Source: an uncultured Dehalococcoidia bacterium (lineage in GTDB: Bacteria > Chloroflexota > Dehalococcoidia > Lucifugimonadales > JAGWBF01). From it: a stretch of 54,399 nt of DNA. The number at the start of each line of letters is the position of its first letter. Position 1 is the first letter of the stretch. The stretch spans positions 1 through 54,399 of the forward strand of contig CAYWGG010000001.1 of the NCBI GenBank assembly GCA_964457285.1, written 5' to 3'. The notes beneath the pieces were generated by a model. That model saw nothing but the letters and a program-made list of their open reading frames with translations. It ran no database searches and was not told the origin of the DNA. This document shows positions 27,253-35,974 of the stretch, in pieces. The translations under genes were made by a program, and so were the position numbers.

Positions 27253-28182
27253 TTACTCCCCTCTCCCACTGGGAGAGGGGCTGGAGGCGAGGGCTCCTGC
27301 TACCTCCTTGAACCGCCGTATAGTGTCTATATGCTCCTCCGTGGAGCGTAGCCCACCCCATCTGGGTTCCACGGTCAGGTGTGTCGCTCCCATCTCCATC
27401 CATGCCCTCACCTCCCTGGCCCACTCCTCCGGCGACTTGCCCACTACCCTTATCCGGGGCTCCATCCCTATAGCTGCCGGGTCGCGCCCGGCCTCCCTGA
27501 TGTAGTCCCTCACGCGGGCGATGGTCTCACGGGCTGACTCATCCTGAGGGAGGATATTGTGGAACCAGCCATCGGCGAGGCGGGCTATCCTTCGCAGGCT
27601 CGCCTCGGCGGGGCCTGGCGCGGCCCGGCCCCCGATGCCGATCCATATGGGTATCGGGCGCTGCACGGGAAGGGGGTTAAGGCCAGCGTGGGTTATATGA
27701 TGCCACCGGCCCTCGAAGCTGACCACCTCCTGAGTCCACAGGGCCCGCAGCACAGCTATCTGCTCCTCGCTCCGCCGCCCCCGGTTGTGGAAGTCCTGGC
27801 TCAGGGCCTCATACTCCACACGGTTCCAGCCCACGCCTATACCCAGCCGCAGCCGGCCTCCACTGAGCACGTCCACCTCAGCCGCCTGTTTGGCGACCAG
27901 GGCAGTTTGCCGCTGCGGAAGGATCAGGATTCCCGTCACCAGCTTGAGCCTTTTGGTGATGGCGGCTATGTAGCCCATAGTAGTAAAGGGCTCGTGGACG
28001 ACGCTCTTATAGGTGTAAGGTGTCCGGGCCACCTCCGGATGGAACTGGGGATCAGCGCCAAGGACATGGTCGGCAATGAAGATATGGTCGTACCCCAGGT
28101 CTTCCGCAGCCTGTGCGTACTCTCGTACCGCCCCAGGATCGGCCTCTATCTCGGTCTGGGGGAAGATGACCCCGACTTGCAT
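27253..28182 (-). CDS. LLM-class (luciferase-like) F420-dependent oxidoreductase
   Basis: 309 aa. MQVGVIFPQTEI...YDHIFIADHVLGA is typical of the F420-dependent LLM subgroup. GGAGGA RBS. The last ~12 codons run into a repeat hairpin. Confidence 0.7.
   Translation of the reverse strand: MQVGVIFPQTEIEADPGAVREYAQAAEDLGYDHIFIADHVLGADPQFHPEVARTPYTYKSVVHEPFTTMGYIAAITKRLKLVTGILILPQRQTALVAKQAAEVDVLSGGRLRLGIGVGWNRVEYEALSQDFHNRGRRSEEQIAVLRALWTQEVVSFEGRWHHITHAGLNPLPVQRPIPIWIGIGGRAAPGPAEASLRRIARLADGWFHNILPQDESARETIARVRDYIREAGRDPAAIGMEPRIRVVGKSPEEWAREVRAWMEMGATHLTVEPRWGGLRSTEEHIDTIRRFKEVAGALASSPSPSGRGE
27258..27280. repeat. REP-like GC hairpin (inner stem of a compound element spanning about 27243-27296)
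   Basis: Perfect 10-bp stem cccctctccc/gggagagggg with a 3-nt loop. Imperfect outer arms ccctcacc / ggcgaggg flank it. Confidence 0.7.
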
Positions 28183-28302
28183 GGGCGTCCTCCTCTGGAT
28201 GACAGTTTATCGGTAAAGTATCCCCTCTTAGAGCGTGTATGCGAAGTACCCAACCCTGACGGGTGGGCCCTTCAGGGTGCAGCATGGTTTTCAGACATCC
28301 TC

Positions 28303-29229
28303 TTACCTTCCCCTGGCCCTGGCGCTCCGTGGTCGGGCTGCAGGGGCCGGCCGGACAAACTTGGCCTTGAACACCAGCAATGGGACCGTTACCGCCAGCA
28401 CTATGAGTGCTATAAACTGGGCCTCGTTGAGCCCTATAGCCCAGTCCCTATCTAGCCTCAGGAAGCTGAGGAAGAAGCGCCCCAGGGAGTAGAGGACCAG
28501 GAACAGGGCGAACACCATGCCGTGGGGCCTGAGCCGGTCCCGCAGCGGCCATATCATCGCCAGAATCACCAGGTCCATGAGCATCTCATACGCCACAGCG
28601 GGGTGGGTGGGGGTGAAGGCATTGAGCTCGTTGCCGATGTAGAGGGCCTGAGTCTTCGGGTGGGTGTAGATAAATCCCCAAGGGAGGTCAGTGAGCTTGG
28701 CAAAGTGCTCGCCGTTGATGATGTCTCCTATCCTGCCTATCGCCAAGCCTATGAGGTAGGCGGGAGCGGCTATGTCTGCCGCATGCCCTATGGAGGGTAG
28801 AGGCGCCTTTTCCAGCTTTGCCCCCCTGAACAAACGGTTCCACGTCGCTATAATCCGAGGATGGTTCCTCACGGCGATGTACCCTGCCCCGCCGAGGAAC
28901 CCCCCCAGGATGCAACCGAATATGGCGATGCCGCCGTTCCAGATTTCTACTATCCTCACAGGGTCCTGGCTGTAGAAGCTGTCCCAGAAGTCTATAACGT
29001 GTACCGCTCTTGCCCCGATGATGCCGCCGATTATGCCCCAGACAGCCACTGAATAGACGGAGTCGGTGAGCAGTCCCTCTTTCCGGCCCCATCTGAAGGC
29101 CAGAGTTACCGCTATGGCCACGGAAACGAAGGTGAGAAAGCCGTGCCAGGTCAGCACAAAGGTCCCTATCTCGAACATATCGGGGTCTATGCCGATCCTT
29201 ATGCTCAAAAGGGGTATGTCCATAATCAT
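28303..29229 (-). CDS. lgt: Prolipoprotein diacylglyceryl transferase
   Basis: 308 aa polytopic protein. ..GGIIGAR..; GLAIGRIGDIINGEH; PWGFIY. The start overlaps the ispE stop (ATGA). Confidence 0.85.
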   Translation of the reverse strand: MIMDIPLLSIRIGIDPDMFEIGTFVLTWHGFLTFVSVAIAVTLAFRWGRKEGLLTDSVYSVAVWGIIGGIIGARAVHVIDFWDSFYSQDPVRIVEIWNGGIAIFGCILGGFLGGAGYIAVRNHPRIIATWNRLFRGAKLEKAPLPSIGHAADIAAPAYLIGLAIGRIGDIINGEHFAKLTDLPWGFIYTHPKTQALYIGNELNAFTPTHPAVAYEMLMDLVILAMIWPLRDRLRPHGMVFALFLVLYSLGRFFLSFLRLDRDWAIGLNEAQFIALIVLAVTVPLLVFKAKFVRPAPAARPRSARARGR

Positions 29230-30224
29230 CGGTCCACTCCTGATTCGGCCATCGGTTGCACCGTGCTTATACAGTACGCCCTCAGCCCCATCCTTTTCAA
29301 GGGACTCAGGATTTCTTCCCCATCTTCCCGTGACGGCACAAATGTGTAGAGGGCCGGGCCTGTGCCAGAGAGGTGGACTCTCTGTGCACCCGCCTCCAGG
29401 AAACTCTGACGGGCTCGCTGGAAACCGTGGAAGGCCAAAGGGGCTACTCGTTCAAAAGTATTGAACAAAAGCTCCTGAGAGACCAGGCTAGCCTTTGGGC
29501 CTGCTTCTGCCAGGTTGGCGCCCTTGAGAGTATTCACCAGCCTTCGGGTATAGCTGCCGTCGGTGTAATGCTCAGGACTAAGCATAGAGTAGAGCCGGGC
29601 CGTTTTGCGGGAGTCCTCGTAAGCCTCCCTTCTGCCCTCGCCCCTCCCCACCTTCGGCGTTTCTTTTGTGAGGGGAGCGCCAGACCCTGAGCCTTGGGCC
29701 AAAGGGCACAGCAGCACGATCCAGCGTGGCGGCATTGGAGGCAAGTCCACTATCACCTCCCCTCGACCTTCGCCAAGGGCTGTGCCGCCTCGGAGGAAGA
29801 AGGGGACATCGGAGCCAAGGGACGCAGCGATGGAGCGAAGCTCTGCATCACTCATATCCAGCTCCCACAGCTTGACGAGGGCCTTGAGAGTGGCGGCCGC
29901 ATCGCTACTCCCACCGCCAAGGCCCATGCCGATGGGTATATGCTTCTCCAGGAGTATCTTCACCCCCTTGTCACACTCGCTGACCCTACGAAGGGTATCC
30001 GCCGCTTTCCACACCAGGTTATCTTTCCCATCCAGCCCCGGCGTAGAGACCTCTATCCCTTCGGTCAGGCGCAGGACAAGCTCCAGCCGTGGTGCAGGAG
30101 CGAAGAGGAGCCTATCTGCCAGGTCTATCGTCTGGAGGATAGTCTTCACCTCGTGGTAACCGTCGGGGCGTCGGCCCAGCACCTCCAGGGTCAGATTTAT
30201 CTTGGCGTAGGCTTTGATTTCCAA
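29226..30224 (-). CDS. ispE: 4-diphosphocytidyl-2-C-methyl-D-erythritol kinase, with an internal insertion of about 30 aa
   Basis: 332 aa. AYAKINLTLEVLGRRPDGYHEV and the GHMP motif PIGMGLGGGSSDAAA. Confidence 0.85.
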   Translation of the reverse strand: MEIKAYAKINLTLEVLGRRPDGYHEVKTILQTIDLADRLLFAPAPRLELVLRLTEGIEVSTPGLDGKDNLVWKAADTLRRVSECDKGVKILLEKHIPIGMGLGGGSSDAAATLKALVKLWELDMSDAELRSIAASLGSDVPFFLRGGTALGEGRGEVIVDLPPMPPRWIVLLCPLAQGSGSGAPLTKETPKVGRGEGRREAYEDSRKTARLYSMLSPEHYTDGSYTRRLVNTLKGANLAEAGPKASLVSQELLFNTFERVAPLAFHGFQRARQSFLEAGAQRVHLSGTGPALYTFVPSREDGEEILSPLKRMGLRAYCISTVQPMAESGVDR

Positions 30225-31072
30225 AGGGACTCCTCCACGGGACTTCGATCTGGGTTTTGGGTGAACGACCGGTAAAGGTTACCCCAGTCCTCAAGACTCA
30301 GATTCTCGGGGCGATGCCTGGGGTCCAGACCTGCCAGCTCCAGGAGGCGCCTGCTCTGGTCAGGGGATATGCCCAGGCCCAGGCTCAAGGAGTTGCGGAG
30401 CTGCTTTCTGGGGGCAGAGAACCCTGCACTGACCAGGTCGAAGAACTCCTGCACATCCTCTACCTGGATAGCCGGACGAGGACGGAGGTCTATCCTCACC
30501 ACGGCAGAGGTGACCTTGGGCGGTGGATAGAAGGCCCGGGGTGGTACATAGCATACTATACGGGGAATGCCGTAAACCTGGACCCCCACCGCAAGGAGGC
30601 TCATCCGGCCCCCTTGCGCTGCCATGCTCTCGGCGACCTCCCTCTGAACCATGACCACCATAAGGGAGGGCTTTCGCTGGCCGGCCTCCAGGAAGCGCCG
30701 CAGGATAGGGTTTGCAGCATAGTAGGGCAGGTTGGCTACTACCTTGTAGTCGTCTACTCCCTCCAGGGCCCAGGCTAAGTCCACCTGTCGCGCATCGGCG
30801 TTAATCACCCTGAGGTTGTCAGGGCGACCGAGGCTCTCCGGCAGCGAGGCCGCGAGATGGGAGTCCACCTCGATAGCGATGACCCTCTTTGCTCTCCTGA
30901 CCAGTTCCCGCGTGAGCGCGCCTGGGCCGGGGCCCACCTCCACTACCGTATCCTGCGGCCCTAGCTCCGACGCAGAAAGGATTTGCTGGAGGATGCTCTC
31001 ATCTATTAGGAAATGCTGACCCAGGGCCTTTCGCGCTGCCCTTGACGATGGTGGACGATGATGGGGCTCCAT
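30197..31072 (-). CDS. rsmA: 16S rRNA (adenine1518/1519-N6)-dimethyltransferase
   Basis: RKALGQHFLIDE...VVEVGPGPGALT. The ORF is open to 31399, but that extension overlaps the SRP RNA. Start taken at ATG 31072 (alternative 31132). Confidence 0.8.
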   Translation of the reverse strand: MEPHHRPPSSRAARKALGQHFLIDESILQQILSASELGPQDTVVEVGPGPGALTRELVRRAKRVIAIEVDSHLAASLPESLGRPDNLRVINADARQVDLAWALEGVDDYKVVANLPYYAANPILRRFLEAGQRKPSLMVVMVQREVAESMAAQGGRMSLLAVGVQVYGIPRIVCYVPPRAFYPPPKVTSAVVRIDLRPRPAIQVEDVQEFFDLVSAGFSAPRKQLRNSLSLGLGISPDQSRRLLELAGLDPRHRPENLSLEDWGNLYRSFTQNPDRSPVEESLWKSKPTPR

Positions 31073-31213
31073 CCCCAGGACAGTCCGAGGAGGCGCAGTA
31101 GTTGGAGGCTTTTTCACGTGTACATCATGCATCCGAGGTGGCCTCTGGATGAGGTATGTCTTCCAGAATACTACCCAGATATTCCAGGTGAGAAGGATGA
31201 TACAGCAGAGAAT

Positions 31214-31484
31214 AAGGCCGTGCACCTCTCTTCGACACTGACCCTTGAGCGTATTCCCAAGGACAGCTCCAGCCAGGCACTCCCTCGGCACCCAAAGGAT
31301 TCTGCTTACCGTTGCTTCCTTCCGAACCTGGCGGGGTTCACAGACCTCCGTTGCGAGGGACCCAGCTTTCCGTACTGTCCTGTGAGGATAGAGGCACACA
31401 GGCCAGGCCTTGGAGAGGAGTACGATCCCGCTATAGCGGATTTCGGGTACAGGGCACCGCTAACTCCCCATCTAGCACGGCCTC
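31214..31484 (-). ncRNA. ffs: Signal recognition particle RNA, long (Bacillus-type, with Alu domain)
   Basis: Minus strand: domain IV CCAGGUUCGGAAGGAAGCAACGG (GGAA tetraloop). 5' Alu-domain segment GGCCGUGCUAGAUGGGGAGUUAGCGGUGCCCUGUACCCG (UGUNR motif). Terminal helix GGCCGUGC/GCACGGCC. Helix-5 pairings GGACAG/CUGUCC and UCCCUCG/CGAGGGA. Confidence 0.85.
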
Positions 31485-31536
31485 GACTCTAATGGTAGGG
31501 CAGTTGGAGGGTTGTGTCAATTGGAGAGAAAGAGGA

Positions 31537-31565
31537 TTGACACTATTGTGGCGTGCTACTACACT
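31537..31565 (+). promoter_or_regulatory. Candidate promoter for glycan block ii
   Basis: TTGACA (31537-31542), a 17-nt spacer, then TACACT (31560-31565). It lies about 115 nt upstream of ATG 31683. Confidence 0.4.
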
Positions 31566-31682
31566 CGTTGTTGACGAGGATAGCGCCTCGGAGGTCCGAG
31601 GGCTTAATACATGGGAGATCCGGAGTAAAAGAGAGGTACTCAGATTACGACTGAAGGCACGGTCGAAGGTGCACAGCCCTTG

Positions 31683-32990
31683 ATGGTCTCGGTGATCGTC
31701 CCGGTCTATAATGGCTCCGACTCTCTGAGGCGCTGCCTGGAGGCTATCGCTGCTTCCAACTATGCCCGATATGAGTGTATCGTGGTTGATGACGGATCAA
31801 CGGACGACTCTCGAGCTACCTCCAGGCAGTTCGCCACTCAGGTGGTGGAGCTTACTGAAGGACCATTTGGCCCTGCCCATGCCCGCAACTGTGGAGCAGA
31901 GGCGGCCTGCGGAGATATACTCTTCTTCGTAGACGCCGACGTTGTGATCCGTTCAGACACAGTCTCCAAAGTCGCCGATACCTTCGCACGACATCCCCAT
32001 GTAGATGCGGTGTTCGGTTCCTACGATGACAGCCCCGACAAGAAGGACTTCGTGTCCCAATACAAGAACCTGTCCCATCACTTCGTCCATCAGAATGGGC
32101 ACGAACAGGCTGTGACCTTCTGGAGTGGATGTGGGGCAGTACGCCGTAAGGTGTTCCTGGAAGTAGGCGGCTTCAACAAGGACCGCTATCGCCGTCCCAG
32201 CATTGAGGACATCGAGCTGGGATACCGCATGAGGGCTGCCGGTCACGAAATCATGGTGAACAAGGCGATCCAGGTCAAGCACCTGAAGCTGTGGACCCTC
32301 CGAGGGATGATGAAGGCAGATATCTTCGACCGAGCAATCCCTTGGACCCAGCTCATCCTGCGAGAGCGAGATTTGCCTGGCGATCTGAACCTGCGTCTCT
32401 CTCAGCGGGTGAGTGCGCTGCTCCTCTGCGTGCTGTTGCTTCACCTGGGATTGACCGCCTTCTTTCACAATACGGTGCTCTTGCCACTCCTGGCCGGGCT
32501 CTTCCTGCTTTTGATAGGATACTGGAATTGGACGGAAGGAGTACCTCCCCTCAGTCGGCTAAGCAGGCGGGCGGAGTCAGTCATCTACACGTTGATGGGG
32601 GCGATTGGCGGGCTGGCGGTCTATTTTGGCATAGTCTGGATGCTGATTCCATTAGGACTACTCCTGGCCGGGATGTTGGCCGGAAGGTGGCTCCCCTATT
32701 CCGGCGCACTATGGAAGCAAGCCTTATTCACCAGCCTGGTGCTGGCGAGCGCGAGTGGCCTTGGCCTTCTAATCGTGACCTTCCCCGTCTGGCTGTCGGT
32801 CCCTCTGCTCCTTTTGATTGCTCTGATCGTCCTGCTCAACTTCGAGTTTTACGCCTTCTTCGCTCGCAAGCGAGGCCCCATGTTTGCGCTGGCCGTCTTC
32901 CCGTTCCATCTGCTCTATTATCTCTATAGCGTTCTCACCTTCGCCCTGGTGGCTGGCCTCCACACCTGGAATGTCGGGGTGAGACGATGA
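31683..32990 (+). CDS. Glycosyltransferase family 2 with a C-terminal polytopic membrane domain (candidate polyprenyl-phosphate glycosyltransferase)
   Basis: VSVIVPVYNG...IVVDDGSTDDS...FFVDADV (GT-A DxD). The last ~190 aa contain several hydrophobic helices. Confidence 0.75.
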   Translation: MVSVIVPVYNGSDSLRRCLEAIAASNYARYECIVVDDGSTDDSRATSRQFATQVVELTEGPFGPAHARNCGAEAACGDILFFVDADVVIRSDTVSKVADTFARHPHVDAVFGSYDDSPDKKDFVSQYKNLSHHFVHQNGHEQAVTFWSGCGAVRRKVFLEVGGFNKDRYRRPSIEDIELGYRMRAAGHEIMVNKAIQVKHLKLWTLRGMMKADIFDRAIPWTQLILRERDLPGDLNLRLSQRVSALLLCVLLLHLGLTAFFHNTVLLPLLAGLFLLLIGYWNWTEGVPPLSRLSRRAESVIYTLMGAIGGLAVYFGIVWMLIPLGLLLAGMLAGRWLPYSGALWKQALFTSLVLASASGLGLLIVTFPVWLSVPLLLLIALIVLLNFEFYAFFARKRGPMFALAVFPFHLLYYLYSVLTFALVAGLHTWNVGVRR

Positions 32991-33898
32991 GCCTAAAAGA
33001 TGGCAAACCGAAGGAGCTATCGGCCATAATCGCCTCTCAGAATGCCGAGGGGACCATTGAGGCCTGCTTGTCTTCGCTGGAAGGTCAGAACGCGGACGGC
33101 CTGGCGGAGATAATTGTGGTGGACAACTCCCGTGATGGCACAGCCCGGATAGTGGAGGAGAGGTTTCGCGATGTGAAGTTGATCAAGGTCTCGGAGCCGA
33201 GCCTGGTCCCGCAGCTCTGGACCGAGGGAGCCAAGAGGGCGTCGGGGAAGATCATCGCGTTCACCACAGCCCACTGCGTTCCGGGTGCGGACTGGCTTTC
33301 GCAGAATTTGCATCACCACCAGGCCGAGTATGCCGCTGTAGGCGGGGCCATCGAGAACGCAGAGCCAGCCTCCGTCGTCCAGTGGGCCGTCTACTTTTGC
33401 CGGTACGCCCCTTTTATGCCTCCCTTCAGCGCCCATCAGGTTGGACAGGTCGCTGGGGACAACGCCTCATATAAAGCCTGGGTCCTGGAAAAATACGCTG
33501 GTCTGATCAAGTCAGGGTTCTGGGAGGCGGTCGTCAATGACCAGCTGTGCAAGGACGGTCACTCTCTGCTGCTGACTCCTGAGGTCCAGGTTTACCACGG
33601 GCACTCCTTTGGCATGGGAGCCTTTTGCCGACAGAGGCTAGTACACGGGCGGTTCTTCGGCGCAGGGCGCGTTGCCTCTGCGCCGCCTATTCGGCGACTC
33701 CTCTATATTGTTTCTTCGCCGCTAGTGCCCATTATCTTCCTGGGGAAAATCTCCAGGCAAGTCCTCGCGAAGAGACGGCATCGCTGGGCATTTACCCAAA
33801 GCCTGCCTGTGCTAACGCTCTTTGTACTTTGCTGGTCCCTGGGGGAATTCCTCGGCTATTTATCCAGGGATGATTCCAGGGAAAGGTCGAAGGGATGA
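32987..33898 (+). CDS. Glycosyltransferase family 2 (paralogue group, member 3)
   Basis: 303 aa. ATGA overlap with the upstream gene. AVGGAIEN...WAVYFCRY...GDNASYK...GFWE. Confidence 0.8.
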   Translation: MSLKDGKPKELSAIIASQNAEGTIEACLSSLEGQNADGLAEIIVVDNSRDGTARIVEERFRDVKLIKVSEPSLVPQLWTEGAKRASGKIIAFTTAHCVPGADWLSQNLHHHQAEYAAVGGAIENAEPASVVQWAVYFCRYAPFMPPFSAHQVGQVAGDNASYKAWVLEKYAGLIKSGFWEAVVNDQLCKDGHSLLLTPEVQVYHGHSFGMGAFCRQRLVHGRFFGAGRVASAPPIRRLLYIVSSPLVPIIFLGKISRQVLAKRRHRWAFTQSLPVLTLFVLCWSLGEFLGYLSRDDSRERSKG

Positions 33899-35088
33899 GC
33901 GAAAGGGAATCGGAGCGCTCACAAGGAGGTAGGGTGAGCAGGGACGGCTCTGAGTATGGTCGAAGGGTAGCTATGGTTGGCCTTGGTGGGGCTGCCGAGC
34001 GCATCCTGCTGCCAGCTGTGGTGACCCTGGGCGGTGTGCAGGTTGTCGCTGGCTGTGACCTGGATGAGGCGACCCGCCAACGGGTGTCCGCCCGGTGGAA
34101 AATACCTCGCACCTATGCAACTCCGAAGGAGATGCTGGAAAGGGAACGGCCGGAGGTCGCTATCATTGCGACGCCCCCTTTAACCCACTGTGAGCTTTGC
34201 TTGCTGGCCCTGGAGCACGGCTGTCACGTATTCTGCGAGAAGCCTTTCATGCCTTCCATCGAAGACGCGGACCTGGTTATCGCCGCAGCCCAAAGGCACA
34301 AACGCGTGGTGGCAGTGAACAACCAGTACTATCAGATGCCGGTCTACCGTACCATTAAGCAGCTCCTGGAGAGCGGGCAGACAGGCCGTTTGTACCATAT
34401 AGACGTCTGGCAGACAATGTACATGGTGCCCGAAGAAGAGGGAGGGTGGAAAGCGGCATTGCAGCCCCGTCGGGTGCTGTACGAGTTCGGGACACATGCC
34501 CTGGACTTGGTCTGTCAATTCTTTGGAGGGTATCCTGTGTCCGTGTCGGCCCGCACCCCGAAGGTGAGGCCTGATATAGACGCGGACGTTTCTGTGGTGA
34601 TACGCCTTGATTTTCCCGATGAGCGCGTCGCCAACATGGTGATCAACCGCGTGAGCCACGCACCCTACAGATACCTGGAGATGCAGTTGGATTGCGAGGA
34701 AGCATCCCTTCGCACGTCGCTGGGTGGTGTGGCGCGCCTGGAGCTTGGGTGGAACAGCGCCCTGGGCCGCCCGCGTTTGCGGTTCAGCTTGACCACTGGT
34801 GGAGAAGTCCGATGGGAGCGGAATGGGAAGTCTCGGCAGGTGGCCCGGCAGCCAAAGAGCGTCTTTCATAAGGCTGCGGCAAGGCACTTTTCCCAGTTCC
34901 TGAACGCAATCGAAAGCGGCACAGAACCGCCGATCTCCGCAACCCACGCTCGTGAAGTCCTGCGGGCGGTGTTTGCTGGCTACACCTCTGCCTCTCACGG
35001 AGGAGAGCTGGTCAGGCTGCGCCCGGAAGCGGGGAAAGAAATCTCAGCGCCCCCAGGCTCCCACGTCGAAGGTAACCAGGCGTCCTAA
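33895..35088 (+). CDS. Gfo/Idh/MocA family oxidoreductase
   Basis: 397 aa. ATGA overlap with the upstream gene. VAMVGLGGAAERI... and FCEKPF. Confidence 0.75.
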   Translation: MSERESERSQGGRVSRDGSEYGRRVAMVGLGGAAERILLPAVVTLGGVQVVAGCDLDEATRQRVSARWKIPRTYATPKEMLERERPEVAIIATPPLTHCELCLLALEHGCHVFCEKPFMPSIEDADLVIAAAQRHKRVVAVNNQYYQMPVYRTIKQLLESGQTGRLYHIDVWQTMYMVPEEEGGWKAALQPRRVLYEFGTHALDLVCQFFGGYPVSVSARTPKVRPDIDADVSVVIRLDFPDERVANMVINRVSHAPYRYLEMQLDCEEASLRTSLGGVARLELGWNSALGRPRLRFSLTTGGEVRWERNGKSRQVARQPKSVFHKAAARHFSQFLNAIESGTEPPISATHAREVLRAVFAGYTSASHGGELVRLRPEAGKEISAPPGSHVEGNQAS

Positions 35089-35101
35089 GAGGTCATTGAC
35101 T

Positions 35102-35974
35102 ATGCCAGAGAGTCCTAAGATAGGGTCCTTTGAGTATTATGAACGCCTCTACCAGGTGGAGGAAGAGCACTGGTGGTCCAGGGGCATGCGTGACATTGCC
35201 GCAGGGTTGTTAAAGGCACACCACTGGGATGCTAAGAGCTTGAAAGTTCTGGATGCAGGGTGCGGGACCGGGATCACCCTCTCATGGCTGGAGAGAACGC
35301 TAGGGGGTCAGAAACGGCACCAGGGGGTCCCCACCACATCCATTGCCACCACCCCGCATATGGTGGCAGGAACTGACCTGTCATTGGATGCCTTGCAGTT
35401 CTGCCAGAGGCGCGGAGACTTCCCCCTCTGCCAGTCATCTGTCCTGGCGTTGCCGTTCCAGAGCGGTTCCTTTGACCTCGTTGTGTGCAACGATGTCATT
35501 CAACACCTACCGGGGGATGGGTCAGACAAAGCTGCCCTGGGAGAGTTCTACAGAGTCCTGAAGCCAGGTGGCTGGTTGCTTTTGCGAACGAACTCCAGTC
35601 AAGGAATGGGCAACCAGAAATCCCAGGGAGACGAAGACTTTAAGATGTACAGCCTGGACGGGCTAGGGGAGCGAGTCCGGCAGGCGGGCTTCCATATCAT
35701 TAAGGCTACATACGCCAACGCCTTGCTGTCCATTATCCCTACAGTCAAAAGACACCTGAGACAGAGGAAGCACCAGCATTACCACTATCATGGGTTGACC
35801 ATCAGGCAACTCCCAACGCACCTCCGATGGCTTAATACTCCGTTGTACTGGTTGATGAAGGGCGAAGCCTGGTTTCTCTCCCGTCCCTCCCGAAAACTCC
35901 CTTTTGGTCATACTATTATTTTCCTGGCCCAAAAGTCGCTCCCGGCTAGAGTGAACTCCAGCTCTGAAGTCTAA
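35102..35974 (+). CDS. Class I SAM-dependent methyltransferase
   Basis: The ORF opens at 34952. The start is placed at ATG 35102, after the upstream stop. VLDAGCGTG...LKPGGWLLL. Confidence 0.75.
   Translation: MPESPKIGSFEYYERLYQVEEEHWWSRGMRDIAAGLLKAHHWDAKSLKVLDAGCGTGITLSWLERTLGGQKRHQGVPTTSIATTPHMVAGTDLSLDALQFCQRRGDFPLCQSSVLALPFQSGSFDLVVCNDVIQHLPGDGSDKAALGEFYRVLKPGGWLLLRTNSSQGMGNQKSQGDEDFKMYSLDGLGERVRQAGFHIIKATYANALLSIIPTVKRHLRQRKHQHYHYHGLTIRQLPTHLRWLNTPLYWLMKGEAWFLSRPSRKLPFGHTIIFLAQKSLPARVNSSSEV

Noticed and set aside
31073-31399. N-terminal ~110-codon extension of the rsmA ORF, including a hydrophobic stretch that could be read as a TM helix
   Set aside because: It has no counterpart in RsmA, and 31214-31399 is occupied on the same strand by the SRP RNA. 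The frame is open by chance.
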